From a virus, in the IMG/VR virus record IMGVR_UViG_3300033156_000312, positions 1-64,000 of that record: 64,000 nt of DNA, one strand, 5' to 3'. A model generated the notes under the pieces. The model was not told the origin of the DNA. It searched no databases and saw nothing but the letters and a program-made list of their open reading frames with translations. This document shows positions 18,318 to 29,086 of the stretch, piece after piece; position 1 is the stretch's first letter, and the number at the start of each line of letters is the position of its first letter. The position numbers were made by a program, and so were the translations under genes.

Positions 18318-18596
18318 ATGCGGACGAAAAATAAGGAGGAAGTAATGACAAAGTATCCTAAGTTTGAAAAAGTAGATGACCATACTATTCGTATAATTAT
18401 GGAAAAAGCTAATGAAGTTTCATTAGCGAAGATTATACAAAACAGAGAACAATTATTACAACAAAAGAAAATGGTCGAAGAAGCACTTAAAAATGTAGAA
18501 AAAGTGCTTGAAAATGCAAAAAAATTAGGTATAACTCCGAAAGAGGTAACGTCTAATGACAGCCGAGATAATAAAAATTCAAAAAAGACCGAGTAA
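18318..18596 (+). CDS. Hypothetical coiled-coil protein
   Basis: ORF; likely start at MTKY after AGGAGG. Confidence 0.55.
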   Translation: MRTKNKEEVMTKYPKFEKVDDHTIRIIMEKANEVSLAKIIQNREQLLQQKKMVEEALKNVEKVLENAKKLGITPKEVTSNDSRDNKNSKKTE

Positions 18597-18798
18597 ATAT
18601 GGTGGGTTTTTCTATTTAGTTTGTTTCAAAGGTCTTAATGGACAGAGTTATATTTCGTATATTTATCCCAAAATGCGAAACTATGCACGTTGGAAAAAAG
18701 TTTTAGATGTAGGAATAACTTTATCAGGACTTCATTTAGTTAAAGGTAAAAGAAATCTTGTTGACGCAGATAGCCGCTTCGTGAAAGTTGAGGAATAG
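18556..18798 (+). CDS. Hypothetical small beta-rich protein
   Basis: ORF with GAGG RBS. Confidence 0.55.
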   Translation: MTAEIIKIQKRPSKYGGFFYLVCFKGLNGQSYISYIYPKMRNYARWKKVLDVGITLSGLHLVKGKRNLVDADSRFVKVEE

Positions 18799-18800
18799 TT

Positions 18801-19022
18801 ATGGCAAGGAGAAAAAGAATGAAACACGTAAAGAAAAATAGGTCATTTGGACATAGACATAAGCATAACAAGAAAAGCGTAGCCGAACGGAAACGTATTA
18901 AAAATCTTTTGAAACGATGGAAAAAACAAGGTCGAGATGACCTTTTAAATCAATACTTTCGTCAACAACAATTAGGAACTTTAGGAATATATGAAGTTCC
19001 TATAACTCCAAAAGGAATTTAA
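18801..19022 (+). CDS. Hypothetical highly basic protein
   Basis: Arg/Lys/His-rich ORF with GAGG RBS. Confidence 0.55.
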   Translation: MARRKRMKHVKKNRSFGHRHKHNKKSVAERKRIKNLLKRWKKQGRDDLLNQYFRQQQLGTLGIYEVPITPKGI

Positions 19023-19023
19023 T

Positions 19024-20913
19024 ATGCAATATAAACAAATAATTCTATCAAAGCTTATTGACTATTTAAAGTATAAAAAAATCAAATTGAGTCGAGGGCA
19101 TATAAAGACTTTTTCTTGTCCTTTTTGTGGCAAGACAGCAACATTATTACCAAACTCTCATTATGTAAATTGTTTTTTTTGTCGTCCTAAAGAAAATTTT
19201 GGAGAATATTTTACAGTTATAGATATTGCAAGAAAATTGGATAAACCAGATGCTTCAGATGAAGAAATCTTACAATATCTTAAAGATATATTAAACATTA
19301 AAGTAATGACAAAACAAGATGAAGTAAAAGTAGAAGATATATTAAAGAAATATCAAGAATGGGGGTTCGATTTAGTTCCAATAGTTACTAATGGAAAAAT
19401 TCCCGCAGAAAAAGAATGGACAAAGAAAACCCATAAAGATATAAATGAATGGATGCGATGGATAAAAGACGGTCTTAACATAGGAGTTAAAACGGGAAAA
19501 GTAAGCAATATTATTGTAGTGGATATAGACCAAAAACCAATACCAAATGAAATCAAAAATTTATTAAGAGATGATAGCACTTTTATTCAAGAAACAACAA
19601 AGGGCTATCATTTATTTTATAAATATGACTCTGACTTACCAAAAACTCGTATAGATGAAATCAAAATAGATATAGAGAATGATGGTGGGCAAGTTGTGAT
19701 ATATCCTTCGAGAATTAAAGATAAGGAAAGAAAAATTCAACAATTTGGAAAGATAGCAGAAATGCCCGAAGAATTAAAAGAATATCTAAAGAAACAAATG
19801 ACCGTCCCTCGCAAAACTCAAAGTGAAAAGATAAGTGAAGATATACAAACAGAAGATTTTAATTTAGGGGTATTGGGAGAAGGACAAAGAAATTCATCTT
19901 TAGTAAGAATAGGTGGAATTTTGAGAAAAGAACTTAATAAAAAACAAACCGAGTATACTTTACATATGCTTAATAAAGTTTTATGTAAACGACCTCTCCC
20001 CGTCAAAGAAATGCGAGCTATGATAAATAGCTTAGATAAATATACTCACTTTGATGAAAAAGAGTTGGCTCATAAAGTATTAGAATATTTGAGAGACATA
20101 GAAGAAGCTAATAGAAATGAAATTGCTATGGCAATAGTAGGAACTAATCGAGGAGAGGAAAAAAAGAGAATAGATAAAGCTCTACAATATTTGGTTAAAG
20201 AAAGATATGTATCTAAAATAGGGAGAAGTTATTCCATTCGAAAAAAAGTAGAATGGAAAGAAACTTTGATTAATATAGGAGTTCCGATTGATTTTCAAAT
20301 GCCATATTTTTATGATTTAATGCACTTTCATTTTGGAGATTTAATTATTATCGGGTCAAGAAACGCTACAGGAAAAACTCATATAGCCATGAATATAGTT
20401 AAACAATTAGTTGAACAGAAAATTACTCCTTATTATCTTTCTCTTGAAGGTGGTTCAAGATGGGCAAAAATAGCACTACAACTCGGATTAAAAGAAAGAG
20501 ATTTTAAGTGGGAAGAAACTTCTAATCCTAATAATGTAGAATTAGAACAAAATGCTATTACTATAATTGATTGGTTATGTCCAAAAAGTTATGCAGAAAC
20601 AGATAAAATATTACAAAACTTAAATGATAAAGTGCGTGAAACTAAAGGAATATTAATTGTTTTTGTTCAGTTACGAGATAATAACGAATGGTTAGCTAAA
20701 GATTTAATAAAACAATTCCCTGCTTTTGCTTGTAGATATATTTATGATAATGAAGATAGTGGAGAATATGGCAAATTTAAAATAGACAAATTAAGAGATG
20801 CTAAAATACGTATTAAAAGTTATGAATTACCAGCATATTATAATTGGGAAACTAAAGAACTCATATTAGTTTCAGAATTAGAACAAAAAAAGAAATTAGA
20901 AAATGAAGAATAA
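19024..20913 (+). CDS. Primase: Zn finger, bifunctional Prim-Pol, PriCT and P-loop (helicase-like) domains
   Basis: CPFC/CFFC; NIGVKTG...VVDID, TTKGYHLFY, GGQVVIYPS; EGQRN; GSRNATGKT and IIDW. Confidence 0.82.
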   Translation: MQYKQIILSKLIDYLKYKKIKLSRGHIKTFSCPFCGKTATLLPNSHYVNCFFCRPKENFGEYFTVIDIARKLDKPDASDEEILQYLKDILNIKVMTKQDEVKVEDILKKYQEWGFDLVPIVTNGKIPAEKEWTKKTHKDINEWMRWIKDGLNIGVKTGKVSNIIVVDIDQKPIPNEIKNLLRDDSTFIQETTKGYHLFYKYDSDLPKTRIDEIKIDIENDGGQVVIYPSRIKDKERKIQQFGKIAEMPEELKEYLKKQMTVPRKTQSEKISEDIQTEDFNLGVLGEGQRNSSLVRIGGILRKELNKKQTEYTLHMLNKVLCKRPLPVKEMRAMINSLDKYTHFDEKELAHKVLEYLRDIEEANRNEIAMAIVGTNRGEEKKRIDKALQYLVKERYVSKIGRSYSIRKKVEWKETLINIGVPIDFQMPYFYDLMHFHFGDLIIIGSRNATGKTHIAMNIVKQLVEQKITPYYLSLEGGSRWAKIALQLGLKERDFKWEETSNPNNVELEQNAITIIDWLCPKSYAETDKILQNLNDKVRETKGILIVFVQLRDNNEWLAKDLIKQFPAFACRYIYDNEDSGEYGKFKIDKLRDAKIRIKSYELPAYYNWETKELILVSELEQKKKLENEE

Positions 20914-21814
20914 AAAATTAAATCAATATATAATATCAGCTAAAAAGTTAATCAACATGCCTTATAATCAATTAAATTTAGCTAATTACAAGAAAAAATT
21001 TGTTAATATTTATAAATTAAAAAATATACACTTTATAAATACTTCTTCTAAAAAACCTATTAAATTAATGTCTGGACAATCTAAAAATGCAGGTATTATT
21101 GCTTCTTCAATTCCATCTTCCAAAAGAAATATTTATTTAATAGGTAAGGGGATTTTATTTGATGCAGGAGGATATGATTTAAAATCTTCTGGAAAAATGA
21201 ATAATATGAAATGTGATATGAGCGGAATGGCAATAGCATTTGCTGTATCTTCTTATTTTAAAAATAATAATGTAATCGCTTATTGTCCTGTCGCTACAAA
21301 TTTTATACATAATAACCAAATTACTCCTGGCGATTACATCAAGATAGGAAATAAAACTGTAGAAATAACAAATACAGATGCAGAAGGTAGATTAATTTTA
21401 GCTGAAGCATTAAGTCAACTTACTGTTGAAAAGAATGATATAATTATAACAATAGCTACTTTAACAGGAGTATGTGCTTATGCTATTGGAGAAAAAGCAA
21501 CCGCTTTTATGACTCCAACTAAAGAATTTACTCATAAATACAAACTTGCGAGCAAAAAAGCAAACGAACTTGCTTGGAGACTTCCATTATGGGACTATTT
21601 ACAAAAATCTTTTAATAAAAAAAGAATAACGAATACTTCTAAGGAAAAATGTGGGACTATTATGGGGGGAATGTTCCTAAAACAATTTATTCCAAACCCC
21701 AAAAATTGGATTCATCTCGATATAGCTTATTCGGCTTATGATAACAAAAAAAATAAGGCGACTGGAGAACCTATAATGAGTTTAGTTTACTTTGTTGAGG
21801 AGTTATTGAAATGA
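20903..21814 (+). CDS. M17 leucyl aminopeptidase (catalytic domain only)
   Basis: GKGILFDAGG.DLK, MKCDMSG, NTDAEGRL, ATLTG and HLDIA. Confidence 0.9.
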   Translation: MKNKKLNQYIISAKKLINMPYNQLNLANYKKKFVNIYKLKNIHFINTSSKKPIKLMSGQSKNAGIIASSIPSSKRNIYLIGKGILFDAGGYDLKSSGKMNNMKCDMSGMAIAFAVSSYFKNNNVIAYCPVATNFIHNNQITPGDYIKIGNKTVEITNTDAEGRLILAEALSQLTVEKNDIIITIATLTGVCAYAIGEKATAFMTPTKEFTHKYKLASKKANELAWRLPLWDYLQKSFNKKRITNTSKEKCGTIMGGMFLKQFIPNPKNWIHLDIAYSAYDNKKNKATGEPIMSLVYFVEELLK

Positions 21815-22341
21815 AATATCCAATTAAAAAAATAGAAAAGGCGTTTAATATCAAATTAAAAAGAAATGCTGTATCTCTTGGATTAGACACCGCCAGCAAA
21901 TCGGGATATTGTATCGCAAAAACGAATACTAAAACTATCAAATTAGATATTGGGTTTATTAATATTGATGTAAAAGGGATTAAAGACAGAGTTTTAAAAA
22001 ATGCTCTTAGATACGAAGAATTATATAGACAATTGAAAAAGCTTATAAAATCAAATTATATTGTTGTGATTGAGGACGTTTTTCATTCATTTAATGCTTA
22101 TACAACTATTTTATTAGCAAGAATAGGAGCAATTGCCTGGACTCTCGCAAAAGAAATTGACTGTAAGAAGATAATGTGGAAGACAGCCGTTCAAGCCAGG
22201 AAAGGTTTGAGCTTACCTTGTAACAAAAAGAAAAAAATAGTAATGAATGAAATGAACAAAATACTGAATACTAAGATAAAGAACTCTGATATGGTGGACG
22301 CATTAATTTTGGCTATTAATGGTCTAATTAAGGAGAAATAA
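21811..22341 (+). CDS. RuvC-like resolvase
   Basis: LGLDTA..SGY, VVIEDVF and D.VDAL. Confidence 0.78.
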   Translation: MKYPIKKIEKAFNIKLKRNAVSLGLDTASKSGYCIAKTNTKTIKLDIGFINIDVKGIKDRVLKNALRYEELYRQLKKLIKSNYIVVIEDVFHSFNAYTTILLARIGAIAWTLAKEIDCKKIMWKTAVQARKGLSLPCNKKKKIVMNEMNKILNTKIKNSDMVDALILAINGLIKEK

Positions 22342-22510
22342 TGGAAGAACCGAATAAATTATTTTGGAAAATAGTTTTTATAGCGACAATAAGTTGCTTT
22401 CTAAGTTCTACTATGTTATATAGCCATACAGGCTTTTTAATTTTCAGTTTAAGTGTAGCTGTTATTTTAATATCTTTATTTTATAAAATTATTCGGAGAT
22501 TTTAAATAAA

Positions 22511-22717
22511 ATGAAACCTATAACCATCTGGACTCGCTATACTAAACAGAAAGACGGAACTTATAAATGGGAACATAATCACATTGAAGATGAGCTTATT
22601 AGAGGGATAGAACCTATTCCTAATTGTGAGTTTCAATGCAAAGCGTGGAAAGATGCTCAATGGCGTCGTTGTTGGGGGTATCTCAATGTTCGTAATAAAG
22701 TTATTACGTTTATTTAA
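22511..22717 (+). CDS. Hypothetical protein
   Basis: ORF with GGAG RBS. Confidence 0.5.
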   Translation: MKPITIWTRYTKQKDGTYKWEHNHIEDELIRGIEPIPNCEFQCKAWKDAQWRRCWGYLNVRNKVITFI

Positions 22718-22933
22718 GAAATCTAAATGTAATCATATTGTTGGTATAAAGCACATTAAATTTGGACATAATGAAGTTGTTTATGAAGATGAATTTATTA
22801 ATCATAAATGTAAATTTGACGGAGAAATTCTTTGGAAATGCCCTTTATGTAAGAAAGAAATTTGGGTATGGATTAATAAATATGAACCTGAATTTGGACA
22901 TTTTCAAGCGAGACAATATGTGGGGTATAAAAG

Positions 22934-23155
22934 ATGAATGAATTTTTTGAGAAATTTCATAAAGAACATTGGCTAAAAATTGAACTGTCTTTTATTGAAT
23001 GGCTCTATAAATATAAAAATTTTTTAGGTAGATTAAAGTTAGAAGATTTTAAACAATTTGATTCGAGAGAAGAAGCTATGAACACTTGGATTAACGAGAT
23101 AATTCATGAAGTAAGGAGAGAGAAGTATGAAAAGAAGAATAAAAAGAAAACCTAA
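22934..23155 (+). CDS. Hypothetical protein
   Basis: Coupled ORF in operon. Confidence 0.5.
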   Translation: MNEFFEKFHKEHWLKIELSFIEWLYKYKNFLGRLKLEDFKQFDSREEAMNTWINEIIHEVRREKYEKKNKKKT

Positions 23156-23441
23156 ACTCATAGGTAGATTTCGCCATTCTCATCTTATTAATTGCGGATT
23201 AAGAGTTGACCTTCATGAAGATGAAGATGAATGGGGCAGAATGAGTGAAAGTCTTTGCTATGAAATTCTTGAAGCTTCCAAAGAGAAACTCAAAATCAGA
23301 GTTTGGCATATTATTTATGAAGATAATATTGGAGAACAATGCGAAGATAGTTTAGGAATATTTGAAATAGATTTAACAGCTCCCTACAATAAAAATAATC
23401 TAAAGTTTATAAGGAGTGAATTGAAAGATGGAAAAAAATGA
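23127..23441 (+). CDS. Hypothetical protein
   Basis: ORF with AGGAG RBS. Confidence 0.55.
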   Translation: MKRRIKRKPKLIGRFRHSHLINCGLRVDLHEDEDEWGRMSESLCYEILEASKEKLKIRVWHIIYEDNIGEQCEDSLGIFEIDLTAPYNKNNLKFIRSELKDGKK

Positions 23442-24393
23442 AAGACTAAATAGAATACTAAAAGAATTAGAGAACAAATATAATATTAAGAAAGCGAAAG
23501 ATATAGATAAAGAAGATATTATATCTACAGAAATATTTCCTCTTGATTATGTGCTATCTGGAGGAATTCATGAAACAGAAGGCGGACATAGAATAGAATT
23601 TTTTGGAGCAGAAAGCACAGGCAAATCAACTTTTGCTTTGCATATAATTAAGAAATTTCAAGAACAAGGAAAAGTTTGCGTCTATATGGATGCTGAAAAT
23701 TCCTATGATAAAGAATGGGCTGAGCAAATTGGCGTAGACAATGAAAAACTTTTAATAGTAAAACCTTCATCTTTAGAAGAAGCTGGAGATTTATTTGTGA
23801 AACTTATTCCAGAAGTGGATTTAATTGTTATAGATAGTATAGTAGGATTAATTCCTGAGGAAGAAATAGATAGAGAAACAAATCAACCTACTATGGGATT
23901 ACAGGCAAGAGTTAATGCTCTTATTACAAGAAAAATATATAGAGCAATTGCTCATAAGAAAACCACTATGATATTTATTAATCAACTACGAGAGAAAATA
24001 GGGGTTATGTTTGGTAATCCCTATACTACTGGTGGTGGACGAGCAATCAAACATATGTATAACACAAGAATAGAATTCAAAACAGGTGCACCTATTGAAC
24101 ATGGGAGTGGACAGAAGAAAGATAGAATTGGCTGGGAAATAAAGATGAAATGTATTAAGAATAAAAAAGGAACTCCCTATCGTCAAGCAGTTGTTGATTT
24201 CTATTTTGATGGGAGAATAGATAATAAGAAAAGTTTGCTATTCTCTGCTATAAAGTATGGGATAATTGAACGAGCAGGGTCTTACTATAAATATGATAAA
24301 ATTAAAGAACAAGGGGCAGAAAAATTCTGTGCAAAATTGGATAATAAAGTCTGGAAGAAAATAGAAAAAGAAATATGGAAGAGGATAAAATAA
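23428..24393 (+). CDS. recA: RecA/UvsX-type recombinase
   Basis: GAESTGKST, DAE, VIDSI, QAR and FINQLREKIGVMFGNP.TTGGG. Confidence 0.93.
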   Translation: MEKNERLNRILKELENKYNIKKAKDIDKEDIISTEIFPLDYVLSGGIHETEGGHRIEFFGAESTGKSTFALHIIKKFQEQGKVCVYMDAENSYDKEWAEQIGVDNEKLLIVKPSSLEEAGDLFVKLIPEVDLIVIDSIVGLIPEEEIDRETNQPTMGLQARVNALITRKIYRAIAHKKTTMIFINQLREKIGVMFGNPYTTGGGRAIKHMYNTRIEFKTGAPIEHGSGQKKDRIGWEIKMKCIKNKKGTPYRQAVVDFYFDGRIDNKKSLLFSAIKYGIIERAGSYYKYDKIKEQGAEKFCAKLDNKVWKKIEKEIWKRIK

Positions 24394-24605
24394 TGAAAAT
24401 CAATACAGAATTTGATGTTAATGAGAAAGTTTTTGATGATTTAACAGGCGAAGAAGCTACAGTTATTGGTATAGAATTTAAGAACGGAAAACGTTTTGGA
24501 GAATATGCTACTGCTTGTAATACTGTAGGTTATTGGGTAAATAATGATTATCTTGGAGGTGGAAGGCATCCCTGGGAATTAAGTAAACTTATGAGGAGTA
24601 GATAA
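24393..24605 (+). CDS. Hypothetical protein
   Basis: TAATG-coupled ORF starting MKINTEF. Confidence 0.5.
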   Translation: MKINTEFDVNEKVFDDLTGEEATVIGIEFKNGKRFGEYATACNTVGYWVNNDYLGGGRHPWELSKLMRSR

Positions 24606-25014
24606 TGAAAATAACAATAACATATAAATCAAGTGTGCAAATAAGCCCTGAAGATTTCACTACATTTACTGAAGTTATAGATTGTAATGAAAATGAAACA
24701 CTAAAAGAATTGCACAAACGGCTTACTGAAAAATGGTCTAATAAAAAATTTGACGGAGAAATTCATTTTAGAGAAAATTAAAGAGAAGGAAATAAAACTT
24801 AATCCACTATTGAAATTTTTGAATAAATATTTAGATGTATTTGATAAATTAAGCACAAGAGAACGAGAATTTATATTAACGACGTTAGAAAAATCTTGTT
24901 GTATGATAATTACACCAAAAAGAATATTATCTCAAACAGAGATAGAAGAATTGGGAAATAAATTAGTAAATAATAAAATAATAATCATTAACAAAGAATT
25001 ATAAGGAGAAAATT

Positions 25015-25476
25015 ATGCGTATAAGAGATATTGAGAAGCTTTGTCAAGATAATGAAACTCTTGACCAAGTAATTGATGAATGTGAAAAATTGTGTAATAG
25101 AACAGATTATTGGATGAATTGTATGAAAGACGGATTGCTTTCTTCCGATAATCCGAAAGAAGTCGTAAATGCTTTACAAGAATTAACAGGCATATTTGGG
25201 CTTCTGAATACAGTAGTTGCTGTTGTTGGAACTGAAAAGAAAAATAGAGAAGTTAGATATTACAACAAAATTCGTATGGATATGGAAAATGCAGGGAAAA
25301 AGTTTGTCTCTACTGTTGGGGAGAAACAAGCCAGTGAACATGTTGCAGAATATAGAAGAGTAAGAAACTATATACAAGCATATCGAGAATCCTGTGAAAA
25401 GGCTATATCAAGTTTACAGAGTATTTTAAAACAAATTCAGGTCGAAGCCAGATTAACAGGGAAAGAAGAGGGTTAA
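25015..25476 (+). CDS. Helical protein, possibly a UvsY-like recombination mediator
   Basis: All-helical, near recA, strong RBS; function inferred from context. Confidence 0.4.
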   Translation: MRIRDIEKLCQDNETLDQVIDECEKLCNRTDYWMNCMKDGLLSSDNPKEVVNALQELTGIFGLLNTVVAVVGTEKKNREVRYYNKIRMDMENAGKKFVSTVGEKQASEHVAEYRRVRNYIQAYRESCEKAISSLQSILKQIQVEARLTGKEEG

Positions 25477-25477
25477 T

Positions 25478-25888
25478 ATGGATAGCGGAAATATACATAA
25501 GGTCTGGGGAACAAGAAGAAGAATACTTTTAACAAATACTATAGAATTAGATTTGCTTCATTTAAAGAAAGATACTTTTTGTAGCACACATTCTCACAAA
25601 TCTAAAATTAATCTATTTACTGTTATTAAGGGAAAAGTTAGGATTGAAACGGAGTTTGGAAGAATTATCTTAAAGAAAAATGAATCTTTTGAAGTTAGAC
25701 CGCCATTAAAACACCGTTTCGTAGCTTTAATGAATAGTATAATGGTTGAAACTGCTTATGTAAATAATGGAAAGATAGATACAAATGATATTAATAGAAA
25801 CGTCTTAGGGGGAAGAATTATTAAAGGAAAATATATTAGTATTCCCGAATTAAGAAAAAAAGGATATTTGGAATTAAATAATGAATAA
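25478..25888 (+). CDS. Cupin-domain protein
   Basis: KVWG...S.HSH..K...F.V..G...V.P..KHRF. Confidence 0.75.
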   Translation: MDSGNIHKVWGTRRRILLTNTIELDLLHLKKDTFCSTHSHKSKINLFTVIKGKVRIETEFGRIILKKNESFEVRPPLKHRFVALMNSIMVETAYVNNGKIDTNDINRNVLGGRIIKGKYISIPELRKKGYLELNNE

Positions 25889-26672
25889 ACGACAGAAAAA
25901 ATATTTAACAAATAAATGTAAAGATTGTGGGAAAACTTGTTGTGATGTATCAATAAGATGTAAAAAATGTGCAAATATAAAAGTTAATAAAATGAAAAAA
26001 TTTAATTTTTCAAAAAAATTATTAGAAAAAGAATATATATTAAATAGAAAGTCTTTGAAACAAATTGCGAAAAAATTAAATTGTTCTTCTGCGACAATTG
26101 CAAATTATTTAAAATTGTATAATATTAAAACAAGAACTTCTTGGGAAGGGTCAGAATATAAATCAAAAAAATGTAAATATTGTAAAGGAGAATTCATTTC
26201 TGTTTATAAACAACAAAAATATTGCTCTGATATTTGTGCGAGATATGATTGGAGAAAAAATAATATAGATAAGATTCGCAAACAACAACGAGAATTCGCC
26301 AATAAAAATTATTCTAAATATAAAATAAGAATACAAAAATACGGTAAAAATTTTCGTAAAAAATATCCATGGATAGTAACCTTTAAAAATATAAATCAAA
26401 GATGTAATAATCCGAATAATTCGCATTTTAAATATTATGGAGGTAGAGGAATAAAAAATCGACTTACAATAAAAGATTTAAAATTTCTTTGGTTTAAAAA
26501 CAAAGCATATTTAATGAAATGCCCCAGTATTCATAGAATAAATAATGATAAAGATTATACATTAAAAAATTGTGAATATATTGAACTATCTAAAAATATT
26601 AGTTATCGAAATATAATAAATAATATCAAACGATTAAAGAGGAGAATATTAAAATTCAATGCAATTAGTTAA
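25881..26672 (+). CDS. HNH-type homing endonuclease with HTH and Zn fingers
   Basis: SLKQIAKKLNCS HTH; QRC.NP....YGGRGI; PSIHRINNDKDY...NC. Confidence 0.75.
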   Translation: MNKRQKKYLTNKCKDCGKTCCDVSIRCKKCANIKVNKMKKFNFSKKLLEKEYILNRKSLKQIAKKLNCSSATIANYLKLYNIKTRTSWEGSEYKSKKCKYCKGEFISVYKQQKYCSDICARYDWRKNNIDKIRKQQREFANKNYSKYKIRIQKYGKNFRKKYPWIVTFKNINQRCNNPNNSHFKYYGGRGIKNRLTIKDLKFLWFKNKAYLMKCPSIHRINNDKDYTLKNCEYIELSKNISYRNIINNIKRLKRRILKFNAIS

Positions 26673-28875
26673 TATATACAATAAAAATAGAAAAATTTAT
26701 TTATTTAAACGTAATAATAGAGGAGAATTAACTGTAGAAATCAATAATTCGTTTTTTCCTTATTTCTATACTCCTTGTGTTGAGGGAAACTATAAAGGAT
26801 ATAAAGGCGAATCCTTAAAGAAAGTTATTGTCTCTACACCGAAAGAAGTCGCTAAAAATAGAACAGATAATAGTTACGAATCTGATATAATTTTTACGAG
26901 AAGATATTTAATAGACAAAATAGACGAAATAGAAAAGACTGACATTAAATATTGCTTTTTAGATATTGAGGTTCAATCTACAAAAAAGCCAAATGTTCAA
27001 CGAGCCGAATATCCAATTTCTTGTATCTCGGTATACAATTCTTTGTATAAAAATATACAAACTTTCTTTTTAGCTGATTATGAAGATGAACCCACTATGC
27101 TCAATGAATTTATAGTTTATATGAAAAAAGAATCCTTTGATATATGGTTCTCTTGGTATATTCGATTTGACTATCATTATCTATCTAATAGGTATAATAA
27201 TTTGACGGGTATGACATTCGCAGAAGAAATCAGTCCAATAGGCCAAGTTAGATACGGAGACAAAGAATTATTCTACCCCGCAGGGATTAGTATAGTTGAT
27301 TATCTAACTTGGTTCAAAATCATAACTCAAAACAGAGAACGTCAATATACTCTCGACCATATCGCAGAGAGACATCTGGGAGCGGGTAAAACTCATACAG
27401 AAGTCGATTTCTCAAAGTTATCAGAAGAAGTCAAAGAACGTAATAGAGAAGATGTTGAAATAATGCAACATTTAGAAGAAAAAAAGAAATTAATTCCCTA
27501 TTTTGACGAAATCAGACGTTTAGCTAAAGTAGAATGGGAGGATTTAATATACAATTCGAGAATAATTGACGCACTATTGCTTTCGGAGGCAAAACGACAA
27601 AATGTCGTGTTGCCAATGCGTCAGAAAGATGTAGAGAAAGAAGAGTTTGAGGGGGCATACAGAGAAGCATTTAAGACAGGAGCTTTTTGGAATATAGGAA
27701 AATACGACTTGTCTTCGGCATATCCAAACGCTATAATTGACTTTTGTTTAGACCCAGCAAATATAGAAAATTTAAGTAATAAAGCTCAATTAAATGAAAT
27801 AGATAATAACAAACTACTCCAAATCGAAAATACTTATTTCAAACAAAACTCTAATGCATTATTACCTACAGTTGTTAAGAAGTTAATAACTTTAAAAACT
27901 GAAATTAAGCAAAAGTTGTCAACAACAAGCACAGAAGATAAAATATATAAAGATATAAAAAAGATGTATGATGCTATTAAGGCAGTGGTAAACTCTGCCT
28001 ATGGAGTTTTTGGTTCACCTTATTTTCGCCTTTTTGACCCAAAAGTAGCTTCTGCAACGACCTATATAGTAAGGAGTATATTACATCATGTTAAAGATAA
28101 CTGCGAAAAGGACGGTCATAAAGTTATATATGTAGATACGGATTCTGTCTTTATTCAAAGTTCAGACAATTTAACAGATTATTTAAATAGACTCATAAAA
28201 GAATGGTATAAAACAAAATACAACAAAGAAAATCATGGTATAGAATTTGAATACGAAGGACAATTTGAGAAGCTTCTTATTTTAACAAAATGCAGATATA
28301 AAGGACATTTAAGAAAACCTAACGGGGATTTAGATATAGAAACTAAAGGAATTGAAAGTAAACGTAAAGATAGTAATCAATTTATTAAAGAATTTCAAAC
28401 AGAATTAATAGATAAAATTTTTAATAAAGAAGACAAAGAAAGTATATTTGAATGGATTAAATTACAAGTCGAAAAAGTTAAGAACGCTAAATTGGCAGAA
28501 ATTTCTTTTCCATGTAAGTTAGGAAGAGACCCCAATTTATATAAGAATACTCCTATATTCTTACGAGCATTACGCAACACTGAAGGATTTGAAAAGAATG
28601 TGGGAGACCCATACTATTATATCTTTATGAAAGGAACAGATGAAAGCGGTAAAGGGTTAGTATTAGCATTTGATGAGAAAAATGACAAACATATTAACAG
28701 AGATAAAATAGATTGGGAACAAATGATTAATCGTAATATTTTGATGAAATTAGATAGTATTTTTGAAGCTATGAACTGGGACATTGGGGAAGTTATTGAA
28801 ATAAAACCCAAAAAGAGAAAAAGACGAAAAAAAACAACTAAAAGAGAGAAAGATGTCAAAAAAGCAGAAGTCTAA
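26659..28875 (+). CDS. Family B DNA polymerase
   Basis: Exonuclease FLDIE and FD..YL; DLSSAYP, K...NSAYG, YVDTDS and KGIE. Confidence 0.95.
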   Translation: MQLVNIYNKNRKIYLFKRNNRGELTVEINNSFFPYFYTPCVEGNYKGYKGESLKKVIVSTPKEVAKNRTDNSYESDIIFTRRYLIDKIDEIEKTDIKYCFLDIEVQSTKKPNVQRAEYPISCISVYNSLYKNIQTFFLADYEDEPTMLNEFIVYMKKESFDIWFSWYIRFDYHYLSNRYNNLTGMTFAEEISPIGQVRYGDKELFYPAGISIVDYLTWFKIITQNRERQYTLDHIAERHLGAGKTHTEVDFSKLSEEVKERNREDVEIMQHLEEKKKLIPYFDEIRRLAKVEWEDLIYNSRIIDALLLSEAKRQNVVLPMRQKDVEKEEFEGAYREAFKTGAFWNIGKYDLSSAYPNAIIDFCLDPANIENLSNKAQLNEIDNNKLLQIENTYFKQNSNALLPTVVKKLITLKTEIKQKLSTTSTEDKIYKDIKKMYDAIKAVVNSAYGVFGSPYFRLFDPKVASATTYIVRSILHHVKDNCEKDGHKVIYVDTDSVFIQSSDNLTDYLNRLIKEWYKTKYNKENHGIEFEYEGQFEKLLILTKCRYKGHLRKPNGDLDIETKGIESKRKDSNQFIKEFQTELIDKIFNKEDKESIFEWIKLQVEKVKNAKLAEISFPCKLGRDPNLYKNTPIFLRALRNTEGFEKNVGDPYYYIFMKGTDESGKGLVLAFDEKNDKHINRDKIDWEQMINRNILMKLDSIFEAMNWDIGEVIEIKPKKRKRRKKTTKREKDVKKAEV

Positions 28876-29086
28876 ATACTGTCAATGTAAAAAAGCCAGA
28901 GTTTCTTATACGAATGAAGAAATTGTTTGTTCAAAATGCTGGAAGCCCATTAAACTCAAAATCAGAAAAATTTGGACTATTAATCCTCACACTCGTATTA
29001 AGGAAAGCGATAAAAAATATAATAGAAAGAGAGCAAAAAGAAAATTAAGAAAACAATTGGAGGAAGAGAATGGGTATATTCGATAA
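28853..29086 (+). CDS. Small basic Zn-finger protein
   Basis: CQC...CSKC; P.TRIKESDKKYNRK. Confidence 0.55.
   Translation: MSKKQKSKYCQCKKARVSYTNEEIVCSKCWKPIKLKIRKIWTINPHTRIKESDKKYNRKRAKRKLRKQLEEENGYIR

Noticed and set aside
26659-28875. Archaeal virus origin suggested by PolB, Prim-Pol and an Hjc-like nuclease
   Set aside because: bS21, bacterial-type RecA, ClpP and sigma70 promoters point to a bacterial host; those replication genes also occur in phages.
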